From positions 3,108 through 67,107 of the forward strand of contig CAJXLN010000006.1 of NCBI GenBank assembly GCA_913056255.1: a stretch of 64,000 nt of DNA, given 5' to 3'. The stretch's first letter is position 1. The number at the start of each line of letters is the position of its first letter. The stretch comes from an uncultured Thermotogae bacterium. GTDB taxonomy: Bacteria; Thermotogota; Thermotogae; Mesoaciditogales; Mesoaciditogaceae. Under the pieces are notes generated by a model. The model searched no databases. It was not told where the DNA came from and saw only the letters and a program-made list of their open reading frames with translations. Of the stretch, positions 9,773-20,242 are shown piece after piece. Position numbers and translations under genes: made by a program.

Positions 9773-10203
9773 CCCTCTTGCTTTTCAAACATCAATTTAG
9801 CCTGGTAATCACTTTTTTCGTGGTCATAATCAAAGAGATGTAGTACCCCGTGTATGCAAACTCTTACCATTTCTTCTCCAAAAGGCACTTTGAAGTACCT
9901 GGCATTTTCCCTAACGTACTCAGGACAAACGTAAACCTCTCCAAGCAGCTCGGGTAATTCATATTTGAATGATAGGACATCTGTAGATCCGTTGGCATTC
10001 CTGTATTTATTGTAAAGCATCATATCCTTGTTGTCTACAAGCACAAGATTGATGTTACACGCTTTTTCGGCGTGAAAATTGGAGATACGTTTCTCGCAAG
10101 GGGAGTTCACTTTTTCTTTGGAAATCACATACTCACATACATCCTTTAATATCGATATATTCAAAGGAACGTTCTGATTGTTGAAAACATCACATTTTTG
10201 CAA
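9730..10203 (-). CDS. ybeY: rRNA maturation endoribonuclease YbeY
   Basis: Zn-binding motif HGVLHLFDYDH. Size and position downstream of phoH and the 7TM-HD gene fit the conserved operon. Confidence 0.85.
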   Translation of the reverse strand: MQKCDVFNNQNVPLNISILKDVCEYVISKEKVNSPCEKRISNFHAEKACNINLVLVDNKDMMLYNKYRNANGSTDVLSFKYELPELLGEVYVCPEYVRENARYFKVPFGEEMVRVCIHGVLHLFDYDHEKSDYQAKLMFEKQEGYVLEFSDSFDNIS

Positions 10204-11593
10204 CTTTTATCACCTTTTCCACTTCTTCGGTAGTTTTTGGATATTCTATACGCTTTTTGTGCATGGCAAATAATACTTTTGAAAATTCTTCAACTATTTG
10301 ATCTGTATCCCTTAAGGTTAAGCTTGAATCGTCAAGCTGACGTTCGTTGTATATCTTATTGACAACATCTTCCACCATATTCTGAATTTTGTAAAGCGAT
10401 GGTGATTTTAACGATCTTACGGCAGCTTCACACGAATCGGCTAACATCGTGATTCCAGCTTCCTTTGTGCGTGGGGTCGGGCCTGAATATCGAAAGTCAT
10501 CCGGGCTAACCTTGAGATTCTCCGAAAGTGCCTTTTGGTAAAAAAAGGAAACCATCCTTGTCCCATGATGTTCTTTTATCATGTCTTCTACCAATAAAGG
10601 AAGTCTGAAAGAGCGAGAAAGTTCTTCGCCGTACTTGACATGCGAGGCCACTATCAGGTAATTCATCATGGGTGATATAGAATCATGTGGATTGACACCC
10701 TGCTGATTTTCGGAAAAAAATTCCGGGCGCTTTATCTTTCCAATATCATGGAAATAAGGTCCTATTCTAGATAAAACGTAATTCGCGCCTATTCTTTGAG
10801 CGGCACTTTCGCACATGTTAGACAACATAACACTGTGAAAGTATGTACCCGGAGCTTTTACAAGCAATTGCTTTAAGAGAGGGTGCCCAAGATTACCTAA
10901 TTCTATCAATCCTATGTTTGAGTATATTCGTGAAACATATTCAATGTACGGCAAAACACCAAGGCTTAAAAACATCGATGCGAATGGATTTATTCCAACT
11001 AAAAACAAGCTTTTTGCCCTAAGCTCAAAAGGAGAAAATCCAAATCTCATGGTGAAAAGCATGGCGATAGAAATAAGTGAATTCCACAGTGCGGCTTTTG
11101 AAAAATCAATTCTTTTATCGAAACTTTTCGTTAAAGAAATCGAACCAATGGAACCTATCGCGTACATGGCAAAAATTTCAAAGTTACCATTAGAGACTAC
11201 ACTGGCAATGGTAGACAACGTTATGGCAGCTGTGATCCCTGTTTCCCTTCCCATCAAAGCTGTAACGGCCAAAACTCCGAAAAACACCGGGAGACCGTAC
11301 AAACCAAATAGCCTGTATTCAATTGGGATAAGAATGGATGTAAGCAAAAGTATGAAGGTGTACGTCCAAAAATATTCTTTGTGTATTTTGAACAATTTTA
11401 CATGACCGTTTATCCATGAAAAGGCTATCGAATTTGCTCCCCCTATGAGTATGTAAGCACTTATCCAACTCATATCGGGAGTAATCGAAAGTTTGCTTGT
11501 TATCAGTAAAAATAATGGCATTAACAGATAGTAAAGGTACATTTTTACCTTTTTGTTATCTTGAAGCGATATTTTAAGATTCAAAATCTTCAT
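10190..11593 (-). CDS. pgpH: 7TM-receptor HD-domain phosphohydrolase (PgpH-type, likely c-di-AMP phosphodiesterase)
   Basis: N-terminal multi-TM region followed by an HD domain (FHDIGK, EHHGT). Lies in the conserved phoH-pgpH-ybeY context. Confidence 0.8.
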   Translation of the reverse strand: MKILNLKISLQDNKKVKMYLYYLLMPLFLLITSKLSITPDMSWISAYILIGGANSIAFSWINGHVKLFKIHKEYFWTYTFILLLTSILIPIEYRLFGLYGLPVFFGVLAVTALMGRETGITAAITLSTIASVVSNGNFEIFAMYAIGSIGSISLTKSFDKRIDFSKAALWNSLISIAMLFTMRFGFSPFELRAKSLFLVGINPFASMFLSLGVLPYIEYVSRIYSNIGLIELGNLGHPLLKQLLVKAPGTYFHSVMLSNMCESAAQRIGANYVLSRIGPYFHDIGKIKRPEFFSENQQGVNPHDSISPMMNYLIVASHVKYGEELSRSFRLPLLVEDMIKEHHGTRMVSFFYQKALSENLKVSPDDFRYSGPTPRTKEAGITMLADSCEAAVRSLKSPSLYKIQNMVEDVVNKIYNERQLDDSSLTLRDTDQIVEEFSKVLFAMHKKRIEYPKTTEEVEKVIKVAKM

Positions 11594-12488
11594 ACGCTTT
11601 TATAATCCTTTTCACCAATGGGTTACGCACAACGTCTCCTTTTTTGAGATAGACAAACCCAATTCCCTCTATGCCTTTGAGTATTTTTTCTGACTCCAAA
11701 AGACCGGATTCTTCGTGTTTTTCAAGATCTATTTGAGTAACATCTCCAGTTATAACTGCTTTAGAGCCAAAGCCCATCCGTGTTAAGAACATTTTCAATT
11801 GGCCATGAGTCGTGTTTTGTGCTTCATCAAGAATTATGAAAGCCTCGTTTAAAGTTCTTCCGCGCATGTAGGCAAGTGGAGCAATCTCTATAATACCCTT
11901 TGATTTGTAATAATTGAATCTTTCAGGAGTCATCATGTCAAATAAGGCATCGTACAATGGTCTAAGGTATGGATCGACTTTTTCAAGCATGTCGCCCGGG
12001 AGAAAACCCAATTTTTCTCCAGCTTCTACAGCTGGGCGTATCAATATTATTCGCTGAACCTCTCCTCTTCGTAAAGACTCAACAGCCATTGCCACGGCTA
12101 AATAAGTTTTCCCCGTTCCAGCTGGTCCTATCGAAATTACAATATCATTTTTTTGCATGGCCTCTATATATCGTTTTTGACCGGTTGTCTTTGGGAAAAC
12201 TCCCACTCCTTCTATCTTCTGAGACATCCTTTCACTGATGTTGAAAAGATCTCTAACATCTACAGAACCTTCTTCCAGAATCCTGTCGATCATTCTTTCA
12301 AGTAATTTACTCGCTTGTTGAACCGACTTTTCTTCTCCTTTCAACCACAGTTCGCTGTCTGTCATTTTTACGTTGATATCAAAGTGCTTCTTTATTGCTT
12401 TCAAGTTCGAATCATACTCACCCAAAAATCCCACAAGATCCACCGAATTTGGTATTTTAAAGCGAAAAATGGTTTCCAGCAAAATCAC
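11574..12488 (-). CDS. phoH: PhoH-like ATPase
   Basis: Walker A GPAGTGKTYLA and the typical PhoH core (ILDEAQN, ITGDVTQID). Confidence 0.9.
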   Translation of the reverse strand: MILLETIFRFKIPNSVDLVGFLGEYDSNLKAIKKHFDINVKMTDSELWLKGEEKSVQQASKLLERMIDRILEEGSVDVRDLFNISERMSQKIEGVGVFPKTTGQKRYIEAMQKNDIVISIGPAGTGKTYLAVAMAVESLRRGEVQRIILIRPAVEAGEKLGFLPGDMLEKVDPYLRPLYDALFDMMTPERFNYYKSKGIIEIAPLAYMRGRTLNEAFIILDEAQNTTHGQLKMFLTRMGFGSKAVITGDVTQIDLEKHEESGLLESEKILKGIEGIGFVYLKKGDVVRNPLVKRIIKAYEDFES

Positions 12489-12568
12489 CTCCTTTAATAG
12501 TATAACTCACCAAGTTTCCCACATTCAAAAATCAACTTCCTGAACAAGTATAATACTTTATTCGAAAC

Positions 12569-12598
12569 TTGACAAGGGGAGTGATTATGTTGTACAAT
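12569..12598 (+). promoter_or_regulatory. Sigma-70-type promoter for the tRNA-rpmG-tRNA-secE cluster
   Basis: TTGACA (12569-12574), an 18-nt spacer, then TACAAT (12593-12598). It ends about 11 nt upstream of the tRNA-Thr 5' end. Confidence 0.55.
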
Positions 12599-12609
12599 AC
12601 GCAACGAGT

Positions 12610-12686
12610 GCCAGCGTAGCTCAGTTTGGTAGAGCAACTGATTTGTAATCAGTAGGTCGGGGGTTCGAGCCCCTTCGCTGGCTCCA
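12610..12686 (+). tRNA. tRNA-Thr (anticodon UGU)
   Basis: Hand-folded cloverleaf with acceptor GCCAGCG/CGCTGGC, anticodon loop TTTGTAA, T-loop TTCGAGC, and an encoded CCA. Confidence 0.9.
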
Positions 12687-12690
12687 AGAT

Positions 12691-12777
12691 GGAGAGGTGC
12701 CCGAGTGGCCAATGGGGGCGGACTGTAAATCCGCTGGCGGATCGCCTTCGGTGGTTCAAATCCACCCCTCTCCACCA
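12691..12777 (+). tRNA. tRNA-Tyr (anticodon GUA), long variable arm
   Basis: Acceptor GGAGAGG/CCTCTCC, anticodon stem-loop GCGGA-CTGTAAA-TCCGC, long variable arm, T-arm GGTGG-TTCAAAT-CCACC, and an encoded CCA. Confidence 0.9.
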
Positions 12778-12797
12778 GTTTTTTAAGAGGTGAAAAA

Positions 12798-12956
12798 ATG
12801 GCAAAAAATGCGAAAAATTTTGTTAAGCTTGAGTGTACAGAATGCAAATCCAGAAACTACGTGGTTCGTAAGGGAAAACAATCAAGAGAAAAGCTTCAGG
12901 TAAACAAGTATTGCCCCAAATGTAAAAAGCACACTCTTCATAGAGAAGTAAAATGA
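12798..12956 (+). CDS. rpmG: 50S ribosomal protein L33
   Basis: 52-aa ORF below the ORF-track cutoff: MAKNAKNFVKLECTECKSRNYVVRKGKQSREKLQVNKYCPKCKKHTLHREVK. It has a CxxC...CxxC zinc ribbon and an AAGAGGTGA RBS upstream, and sits between tRNA genes. Confidence 0.85.
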   Translation: MAKNAKNFVKLECTECKSRNYVVRKGKQSREKLQVNKYCPKCKKHTLHREVK

Positions 12957-12965
12957 ATTCGTCGC

Positions 12966-13041
12966 AGGCCCGTAGCTCAACTGGCAGAGCACCGGTCTCC
13001 AAAACCGGGTGTTGCAGGTTCAAGTCCTGCCGGGCCTGCCA
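12966..13041 (+). tRNA. tRNA-Trp (anticodon CCA)
   Basis: Acceptor AGGCCCG/CGGGCCT, anticodon stem-loop CCGGT-CTCCAAA-ACCGG, T-arm GCAGG-TTCAAGT-CCTGC, and an encoded CCA. Confidence 0.9.
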
Positions 13042-13064
13042 TACGTCTAAGGGGTGAATGGGTA

Positions 13065-13268
13065 ATGGCAAAGACAAGCGTGAAAAAGTTTCTTAGTGAA
13101 GTTAAAAGTGAAGCCAAAAAAACGACATGGCCGACGCGTGAAAAATTGTTGTCCGCGACCGCTATAGTTCTTCTCATCATTGGAATTACGGGTGTTTACT
13201 TTTGGCTTTTAGACATGGGATTTTCAACTTTTACAAGATACCTTTTAGCCGTTTTAGGTGTGAAGTAA
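13065..13268 (+). CDS. secE: Preprotein translocase subunit SecE
   Basis: 67-aa ORF with the KKTTWPTREK motif followed by a single TM helix. It lies immediately upstream of nusG. Confidence 0.85.
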   Translation: MAKTSVKKFLSEVKSEAKKTTWPTREKLLSATAIVLLIIGITGVYFWLLDMGFSTFTRYLLAVLGVK

Positions 13269-13271
13269 TAA

Positions 13272-14333
13272 ATGCAAAAATCGTGGTACATAGTTCAAAC
13301 TTATTCTGGACTTGAGCAAACTGTAAAAGAATCCATAGAGCAAAAACGGGATCTTTTTAAGCTTCACGATCGCATCGGTAGGGTTATCGTTCCCGAAGAA
13401 CGGATTGTCGATGTTAAAGGGAAAAAAATCGAAAAGAGCCGTGTTCCTTCGACGGCTAAGTTGCATGTCAGTTCTGGGGATTCTGTGTCAAAAGATAGTA
13501 TGCTGGCAGAATTACCTGAGATTCGTGTTAAACACGATGGAAGGGTTACAGAGCTTCGTAACATGCGGAAACTCGTGATTGAATCGATAGATCGTAAGAA
13601 CAGTAGAACTTATTACGTTCCTTCATCTCGCGGAATAGAAAGCGGAATACGGCTTGGTTCACGTCTAAGAGAAGGAATGCCAATATCCAAAGATAAAAGC
13701 ATATTTTGTGAAATAGACGGTAAGGTTGTTCAAAACGATCGTGTTAAAAAAATAGTAATTGAAACCGTTGATGATGAAGAGGATGTTTATTTTGTCCCTT
13801 TCGAGACTTTCAACAAATCGATAAAGATTCATCAAGATATTGAAGTGGGGACAGTTTTGGCAGATAAAAAGATCTTAACTGCGACAACTGATGGCATCGT
13901 TGAAATAGACACTTATGGAGCTTACAAAGAAATAAAAATTTCTAAAGTAACCACAAGACGTCTCTTCCCGGGTTACGTATTCGTGGAAATGTACATAACT
14001 GAAGAGACTTGGGAATTGATCAAGAGTATAGAACACGTTATCAATTTCGTTTCTAACGCCGGTCAACCTATACCTGTAAAACCCAAAGACATGAAAGTCA
14101 TTCTTGGGCTTTCAAGGACAGAAATCAAAGAAAAAGTGGAAGCGGTAAAAGTTGAGATAAACATGGATATTGGTGAGCGAGTCAAGATCAAGAGTGGTCC
14201 CTTTGAAGGCTTTACAGGTGTTGTTAAAAAAATAAGACTTGAAAGAAACGAAATAACCGTGATAGTTACAATATTTGGTAGAGAAACGCCAGTTATTTTA
14301 CATGTTTCCGAGGTAGAGAAAATTCAAAACTGA
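13272..14333 (+). CDS. nusG: Transcription termination/antitermination factor NusG with a large inserted domain
   Basis: NGN start WYIVQTYSGLEQ, FPGYVFVEM, and a C-terminal KOW (GERVKIKSGPFEGFTGVV). About 180 extra residues are inserted within NGN. Confidence 0.9.
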   Translation: MQKSWYIVQTYSGLEQTVKESIEQKRDLFKLHDRIGRVIVPEERIVDVKGKKIEKSRVPSTAKLHVSSGDSVSKDSMLAELPEIRVKHDGRVTELRNMRKLVIESIDRKNSRTYYVPSSRGIESGIRLGSRLREGMPISKDKSIFCEIDGKVVQNDRVKKIVIETVDDEEDVYFVPFETFNKSIKIHQDIEVGTVLADKKILTATTDGIVEIDTYGAYKEIKISKVTTRRLFPGYVFVEMYITEETWELIKSIEHVINFVSNAGQPIPVKPKDMKVILGLSRTEIKEKVEAVKVEINMDIGERVKIKSGPFEGFTGVVKKIRLERNEITVIVTIFGRETPVILHVSEVEKIQN

Positions 14334-14418
14334 GTTTGCAAAAGCAATGTTTCTGTGAATGCTCAAAAGTTCAGTGGGAGGGGTATCCCCGCTAAGACCA
14401 CAAGGAGGTTTTTGAATA

Positions 14419-14844
14419 ATGGCCAAAGAGGTAATTAGACAAGTAAAACTTCAGATTCCAGGTGGGAAGGCTACGCCTGCGCCACCAGTAGGGCCTGCAC
14501 TTGGTCAACACGGCGTGAATATAATGGCATTCTGTAAGCAATTCAATGCCGCAACGTCAAATCAGACCGACATGATAATTCCAGTTATTATTGATATCTA
14601 CAAAGACAGAACTTTTAGCTTTGTCACTAAAACGCCGCCAGCTTCCGTTTTAATTCTCAAAGCTGCTGGAATTAAAAAAGGTTCCAGTGAACCCAACAAG
14701 GTAAAAGTAGGAAAGATAACCAAAGAGCAACTTCTTGAAATTGCAAAGACTAAGATGGAAGATCTCAATGCCCGTGATATAGAAGCAGCTTCTCGAATAA
14801 TAGCGGGGACAGCAAGAAATATGGGTATAGAGATTGTGGGATGA
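14419..14844 (+). CDS. rplK: 50S ribosomal protein L11
   Basis: Canonical L11 sequence ([34 protein letters not shown]). Confidence 0.95.
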   Translation: MAKEVIRQVKLQIPGGKATPAPPVGPALGQHGVNIMAFCKQFNAATSNQTDMIIPVIIDIYKDRTFSFVTKTPPASVLILKAAGIKKGSSEPNKVKVGKITKEQLLEIAKTKMEDLNARDIEAASRIIAGTARNMGIEIVG

Positions 14845-14855
14845 GGTGAAAAGAA

Positions 14856-15554
14856 GTGCCAAAACATTCTAAGAGATATTCTGAACTTCTTGAAAAGTAT
14901 GACAAAAAACAATTATATTCCCTCGAAGAAGCTGTAAAGATAGTAAAAAATCTTTCCAACGCGAATTTTGATGAGACGATTGAACTTTCGATAAAAACTG
15001 GAATAGATCCCAAGAGGAATGAACAGCAGATTAGAAATACGGTTTCGCTTCCAAACGGAACCGGGCGAAAGGTCAAGGTTTTGGTTTTTGCAATTGGGCC
15101 GAGTGCACAAGAGGCAAAAGAAGCCGGTGCTGATTACGTTGGGGGAGAAGAGCTCGCAAAGAAAATATCTGATGAGGGATTTCTGGATTTCGATGTGGCT
15201 ATAGCAACGCCAGACACGATGAAATTCGTTGGGAAATTAGGTAGGATACTTGGACCAAGAGGGTTAATGCCTTCTCCTAAATCTGGAACAGTTACAAAAG
15301 ACGTCGGTAAAGCGGTCGAGTCTTTCAAAGCTGGAAGAATCGAAGTGAGAAACGACAAAACTGGCAACCTTCATCTTCCCGTTGGCAAAAAAAGCTTTAG
15401 TGATGAAAAACTCAATGAAAATATCAAATCTGCGATAGAGCAGATAAGTGCACTAAGACCTCAAGGGTTGAAAGGTCGTTTTATACGTAAATTCGTGATC
15501 TCTCCCACCATGGGTCCTGGCGTAAAACTCGATTTCTCGCAGTTTGAAAACTGA
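14856..15554 (+). CDS. rplA: 50S ribosomal protein L1
   Basis: Canonical L1 sequence ([15 protein letters not shown]..., [15 protein letters not shown]). GTG start. Confidence 0.95.
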   Translation: MPKHSKRYSELLEKYDKKQLYSLEEAVKIVKNLSNANFDETIELSIKTGIDPKRNEQQIRNTVSLPNGTGRKVKVLVFAIGPSAQEAKEAGADYVGGEELAKKISDEGFLDFDVAIATPDTMKFVGKLGRILGPRGLMPSPKSGTVTKDVGKAVESFKAGRIEVRNDKTGNLHLPVGKKSFSDEKLNENIKSAIEQISALRPQGLKGRFIRKFVISPTMGPGVKLDFSQFEN

Positions 15555-15692
15555 ATATTTCAGATATTTTTGCACCAAAGACGGTGGGATTTTAAAGACC
15601 GCGTGTTGGGTCGCCCACAGAGGTGTGTAGATTGTTTTTTGTGATCTATGGCCTCGTGATGCGAGGTCATTTTCTTTGAAGGAGGTCTGTTT
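15555..15692 (+). promoter_or_regulatory. Structured rplJ (L10) leader with a terminator-like attenuator hairpin
   Basis: 138-nt untranslated spacer between rplA and rplJ. It contains a 9-bp hairpin, ATGGCCTCG-TGATG-CGAGGTCAT (about 15648-15670), followed by TTTCTTT. This sits just before the GAAGGAGG RBS of rplJ. Confidence 0.4.
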
Positions 15693-16217
15693 ATGCTCAA
15701 AGAACGAAAGATGCAAATAGTCGAAGAATTAACGAACGCTCTGTCAAAGAGTCCACTTGTACTTCTGACCGATTACAAGGGAATGAGTGTTGAAGAGATA
15801 ACCAAACTCAGAACGGAATTGTACAAAGTGAATTCTAAGTACCGTGTTGTGAAAAATACGCTGTTGAAGATCGCTTTAAAAAATGTAAAAATGGATTTTG
15901 AAGAAATGAACTCCGCTCTTGAAGGTACTACAGCGTTACTTTACTCTGAAGGAGACTCGGTACTTGCACTTAAAGCCCTTTACAAATTCATAAAAGAACA
16001 CAAAAAACCAGTGGTAAAGTGCGGAATAATGGATAATAAATTCATTACAGCCGAACAAGCTAAAGAATTCTCTAAACTTCCACCAAGAGAAGTGCTTCTC
16101 GCTCAACTCGTTGGACAAATGCAAGCACCAATTTACGGTTTGCATTCTGTCCTGTCAGGCATCTTAAGAAAAACCTTGTATGTTCTAAACGCCATTAAAG
16201 ATACAAAAGAAGAGTAA
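15693..16217 (+). CDS. rplJ: 50S ribosomal protein L10
   Basis: L10-like sequence in the expected position between rplA and rplL. Confidence 0.95.
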   Translation: MLKERKMQIVEELTNALSKSPLVLLTDYKGMSVEEITKLRTELYKVNSKYRVVKNTLLKIALKNVKMDFEEMNSALEGTTALLYSEGDSVLALKALYKFIKEHKKPVVKCGIMDNKFITAEQAKEFSKLPPREVLLAQLVGQMQAPIYGLHSVLSGILRKTLYVLNAIKDTKEE

Positions 16218-16246
16218 CTAGGAATTTTTTCAGGAGGTGTGATAAA

Positions 16247-16636
16247 ATGAATAAAGACGAAATCATCAAGAGCATTGAAGAGATGACAGTTGCGGAACTC
16301 GCTGATCTGGTAAAAGATCTTGAAGACAAGTTTGGAGTTAGCGCGGCGGCTCCTGTGGTGGCTGCAACGGTACCTGCAGGCGGACCGTCTGATAGTTCTG
16401 AAGAAGAGAAGGAGAAAACATCCTTTGATGTTTTCCTTAAAGAAATCGGCGACAAGAAACTTCAAGTTATTAAAGCCGTCAGAGAAATAACTGGACTTGG
16501 TCTTAAGGAAGCTAAGGGTGTTGTAGACAAAGCTGGCTCTCCAGAGGCGGTTGTCAAGAAAGGTGCAAGCAAAGAAGAATCAGAGCAAATCAAAGCAAAA
16601 CTTGAAGAAGCCGGTGCAACTGTAGAGTTAAAGTGA
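16247..16636 (+). CDS. rplL: 50S ribosomal protein L7/L12
   Basis: Ala/Pro/Gly hinge and the C-terminal domain [24 protein letters not shown]. Confidence 0.95.
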   Translation: MNKDEIIKSIEEMTVAELADLVKDLEDKFGVSAAAPVVAATVPAGGPSDSSEEEKEKTSFDVFLKEIGDKKLQVIKAVREITGLGLKEAKGVVDKAGSPEAVVKKGASKEESEQIKAKLEEAGATVELK

Positions 16637-16681
16637 GGTAAGTATTAATCTTCTGCAATTTATCGTAGAATTGAAACGCAA

Positions 16682-16720
16682 CCTCATCGGAATCTTAAAA
16701 TTTCCGATGGGGTTATTTTG
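16682..16720 (+). terminator. Intrinsic terminator/attenuator between rplL and rpoB
   Basis: 11-bp stem CCTCATCGGAA / TTCCGATGGGG (one G-U pair) with a 9-nt loop, followed by TTATTTT. Confidence 0.6.
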
Positions 16721-16806
16721 CTTAAATGTTTTATCATAAAATGATGAGATTCTTTGGCACTGCGAGATGACCATTTTGTGGTTTCAGTTTAAAGACGAAA
16801 GTTTTT

Positions 16807-19800
16807 ATGCTGGAGAAAGGTTGTGAAAAGGTGGAAAAACAGGTCAGAATTTCTTACGGAAAGTTGAAAGACGCAATTGAAGTCCCCAACTTGATTTCAG
16901 TTCAATTGGACTCCTACAAAGAATTCGTGAAAAACGGGATAATGAGCGCGTTGAAAAAATTCTCCCCTATAGAATCACGTCCTCATAAAGCAGATGTAAA
17001 AAAGGGAGAGAAAGGCTTTAGACTCGAGTTTGTAAAAGCCAGGCTTGGAAAAGTACGATACACGGAAGAAGAATGCCGCCTGAAAGGTACAACTCTAAGT
17101 GCTCCTCTCTACATAACGGTCAGAGTGAAGGATATTCATAGAGGAGAAATCAAAGAGAGTGAAGCATTCTTCGGATATCTTCCCGTTATGACAGAGCGTG
17201 GAACATTTATAATAAACGGCGCAGAACGTGTTGTCGTTCATCAACTTGTCAGATCGCCTGGCGTGTACTTCGTTCGTGAATTTGAGAATTCTGAAAGAAA
17301 GCCTTTCTTTTATGCACATTTTCTTCCGGAAAAAGGGGCATGGCTTGAGATACTGTTGAATCTAAAAAAAGATATAATCCAAGTACGAATAGACAGAAAG
17401 AAAAAAGTAAAATTACCACTTTTGCTCAAAATTTTTGGGTACACCGATCCATTTGAAATGTTAAAACTTTATCCTTTGGAAATCGCGATAGATGAAGATG
17501 AACTCATGTTTTATCTGGGATCGATACTTCTCGAAGAGGTTGTAACGGAAAGCGGAGAGAAGATCGAAGTTGGTGAAAAGATCACAGAAGAAATGATATC
17601 CAAAATATTGTCGTCTAATGCCAAAAAACTGAAAATCGCACATCCTTACATGCAAAAAACGATCGAAAATCTCGATGACAATGAAAGTTCAATGGGAGTC
17701 AATGAAGCTTACATAGAGCTGTTCAGGAAACTGCGTCCTGGTGAGATTCCACGCATAAACGTTGCCAAAAATTATTTCAACAGTCTTTACTTCGATCCGG
17801 ATCACTATGATCTTACGGAAATCGGAAGAACAAAGATAAATACGAAACTCAAGTTGAATTTGGAATCGCGAGTGCTTACCAAAGAAGACATAATGACTGC
17901 CATAAAATATCTGCTGGACATAGAACAACATGAAGAAAGACTCGATACAAAAGATCATCTTGGCAACAAAAGAGTCCGCACAGTTGGTGAACTGATGAGG
18001 ATTGAGTTTGAACGTGGTTTCTCAAGAGTACGTAAAATGATAGAGGATAAGTTAAACATGTACAATTCTCTCGATAAAATAAACATTCAGAGTCTTATAA
18101 ACGTTAGAGCGGTAATGGCAACACTTCAGCAATTTTTCGCATCCAGTCAGCTTTCGCAATTCATGGATCAAGTCAACCCTCTTTCGGAAATAACGCATAA
18201 AAGGAGAGTATCAGCTTTAGGACCGGGAGGATTGAGAAGAGAAAGAGCGCGTTTTGAAGTTAGAGATGTTCACCATTCTCACTACGGACGTATGTGCCCA
18301 ATAGAAACACCTGAAGGTGCCAATATAGGGCTCATAACCTCGCTGGCGACTTACGCAAAGATAGACAAATATGGGTTCCTGAGAACCCCTTACAGAAAAG
18401 TGAACAATGGTAAAGTAACAGATCAGATCGATTATCTTATGGCTGATGAAGAAGAAAACTTCAACATTGCACCAGTTAATGTCGAAGTTGATTCTAATGG
18501 TTATCTTACTGAGGAAAAGGTCACCGTCCGATTCATGGAGAGTTACAAATATGTAAATCGTGATCAAGTCGACTATATAGACGTTTCTCCAAAACAGTTG
18601 GTCAGCGTTTCTGCTGCTTTAATACCGTTTCTGGAGAACGACGATGCAAATCGTGCTTTAATGGGCTCCAACATGCAAAGGCAAGGAGTGCCTCTGGTTA
18701 ATCCTCAGGCACCATTGGTAGGTACGGGAATGGAGAAATACGTTGCGAGGGATTCGGGACTCATTGTCACAGCTAAGAAATCAGGGATCGTGAAAAAGGT
18801 CTCAGCCACGAAGATAGTGATAGAGTGCGATGATGGCGAAGAAGACACATACAGACTCATAAAGTTCACTCGTACCAATCAGGATACAACAATAAACCAG
18901 AGACCGATAGTAGATGTGGGTGATCGTGTAGAGGCCGGAGACTGTATAGCAGACGGGCCAGCAACGGATATGGGAGAGTTAGCCCTTGGTAGAAACGTGT
19001 TGTTGGCTTTTATGTCATGGGAAGGATACAACTTCGAAGATGCGATAGCAGTCAATCAATCTCTCTTAGAAGAGGATGCGTTCACTTCCATTCATATCGA
19101 AGTATACGAAACATATGCTCGTGAAACACGACTTGGCCCTGAAGAAATAACGGCTGACATACCAAATGTATCGAAAGAGCTTTTAAAGAATTTGGATGAA
19201 AATGGGATAGTTAGGGTTGGCGCTATGGTTCATCCAAAGGACATACTCGTAGGTAAAGTTACTCCAAAAGGAGACAGTGAACTGACGGCTGAGGAAAAAA
19301 TCATGCGCTCCATATTTGGAGAAAGAGGTAGAGATGTAAAAGACACCTCCCTTAAAGTGCCCCATGGCGTTGATGGCAGGGTAATAGGAGTACATGTTTT
19401 CGAAAAAGGCGACATATCAGAACTCGATTCGAGTGTAAACAAAATGGTTAAAGTTTATGTTGCCACGAGAAAACCTCTCGCAGTTGGTGATAAAGTCGCA
19501 GGTCGTCATGGTAACAAAGGATGTATTTCTCGAATAGTTGCGAAAGAGGATATGCCTTTTCTCTCTGATGGCACTCCTGTTGACATGGTATTGAGCCCAC
19601 TGGGTATTCCATCCAGGATGAATATCGGTCAGGTTTTAGAAACCCAATTAGGTTGGCTTGCCAAATTGAAAGGAGTGCACTTTGCAACACCGGTCTTTGA
19701 TGGGGCAAGTGAGGAAGAGATATTCGAACCACTTTACAAGGAAAGAAAAAAGTACAATTTGACAGATGGAGATGATGAAAAATATCCAACTGGTAAAGTT

Positions 19801-20241
19801 ACACTTAGAGACGGAAGAACTGGAGAAACTTTTGACAGTCCTGTAGTTGTAGGCGTTATGTACGTTATGAAACTCATTCATATAGCTCAAGATAAAATAC
19901 ATGCCAGATCAGTTGGCCCGTATTCTTTGATTCACCAGCAACCTCTTGGAGGTAAAGCACAATTTGGTGGCCAAAGATTCGGAGAAATGGAAGTTTGGGC
20001 TTTAGAAGCTTACGGTGCATCGCACATGCTACAGGAAATGCTCACCATAAAATCAGATGATGTTGAAGGCAGAAACGAGTCTTACAAAGCGATAATGCGC
20101 GGAAAAAACATACCGCTTTCCAACATGCCTGAAAGCTTCAAAGTACTTGTAAAGGAACTTGAGGGTCTTGCACTCGATGTAAGAGTCTACGATGAAAATG
20201 GTAACGAGATCGATTTGAATCATTCATTTAAGGAGGGGTAA
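16807..20241 (+). CDS. rpoB: DNA-directed RNA polymerase subunit beta
   Basis: 1144-aa ORF with canonical beta motifs ([32 protein letters not shown]). An alternative GTG start at 16831 is possible. Confidence 0.95.
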   Translation: MLEKGCEKVEKQVRISYGKLKDAIEVPNLISVQLDSYKEFVKNGIMSALKKFSPIESRPHKADVKKGEKGFRLEFVKARLGKVRYTEEECRLKGTTLSAPLYITVRVKDIHRGEIKESEAFFGYLPVMTERGTFIINGAERVVVHQLVRSPGVYFVREFENSERKPFFYAHFLPEKGAWLEILLNLKKDIIQVRIDRKKKVKLPLLLKIFGYTDPFEMLKLYPLEIAIDEDELMFYLGSILLEEVVTESGEKIEVGEKITEEMISKILSSNAKKLKIAHPYMQKTIENLDDNESSMGVNEAYIELFRKLRPGEIPRINVAKNYFNSLYFDPDHYDLTEIGRTKINTKLKLNLESRVLTKEDIMTAIKYLLDIEQHEERLDTKDHLGNKRVRTVGELMRIEFERGFSRVRKMIEDKLNMYNSLDKINIQSLINVRAVMATLQQFFASSQLSQFMDQVNPLSEITHKRRVSALGPGGLRRERARFEVRDVHHSHYGRMCPIETPEGANIGLITSLATYAKIDKYGFLRTPYRKVNNGKVTDQIDYLMADEEENFNIAPVNVEVDSNGYLTEEKVTVRFMESYKYVNRDQVDYIDVSPKQLVSVSAALIPFLENDDANRALMGSNMQRQGVPLVNPQAPLVGTGMEKYVARDSGLIVTAKKSGIVKKVSATKIVIECDDGEEDTYRLIKFTRTNQDTTINQRPIVDVGDRVEAGDCIADGPATDMGELALGRNVLLAFMSWEGYNFEDAIAVNQSLLEEDAFTSIHIEVYETYARETRLGPEEITADIPNVSKELLKNLDENGIVRVGAMVHPKDILVGKVTPKGDSELTAEEKIMRSIFGERGRDVKDTSLKVPHGVDGRVIGVHVFEKGDISELDSSVNKMVKVYVATRKPLAVGDKVAGRHGNKGCISRIVAKEDMPFLSDGTPVDMVLSPLGIPSRMNIGQVLETQLGWLAKLKGVHFATPVFDGASEEEIFEPLYKERKKYNLTDGDDEKYPTGKVTLRDGRTGETFDSPVVVGVMYVMKLIHIAQDKIHARSVGPYSLIHQQPLGGKAQFGGQRFGEMEVWALEAYGASHMLQEMLTIKSDDVEGRNESYKAIMRGKNIPLSNMPESFKVLVKELEGLALDVRVYDENGNEIDLNHSFKEG

Positions 20242-20242
20242 A

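Noticed and set aside
10914-11405. 163-aa plus-strand ORF antisense to the 7TM-HD gene, and the similar 40284-40667 ORF overlapping ispD/PiT
   Set aside because: No RBS and no recognisable domains. Both are fully contained in strongly supported genes.
12494-13180. Three minus-strand ORFs (117, 84 and 67 aa) overlapping the tRNA-Thr/Tyr/Trp, rpmG and secE region
   Set aside because: They run antisense through three well-folded tRNA genes and two conserved protein genes. Their sequences are low-complexity (Pro/Leu/Arg-rich from GC-rich tRNA DNA) and lack RBSs, so they are spurious.
14334-14418. An L1-binding autoregulatory site in the 85-nt leader upstream of rplK (small GGGG-TAT-CCCC hairpin followed by TAAGACC)
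   Set aside because: The hairpin is only 4-5 bp, and I cannot verify mimicry of the 23S rRNA L1 site from memory. It is left as unproven rather than annotated.
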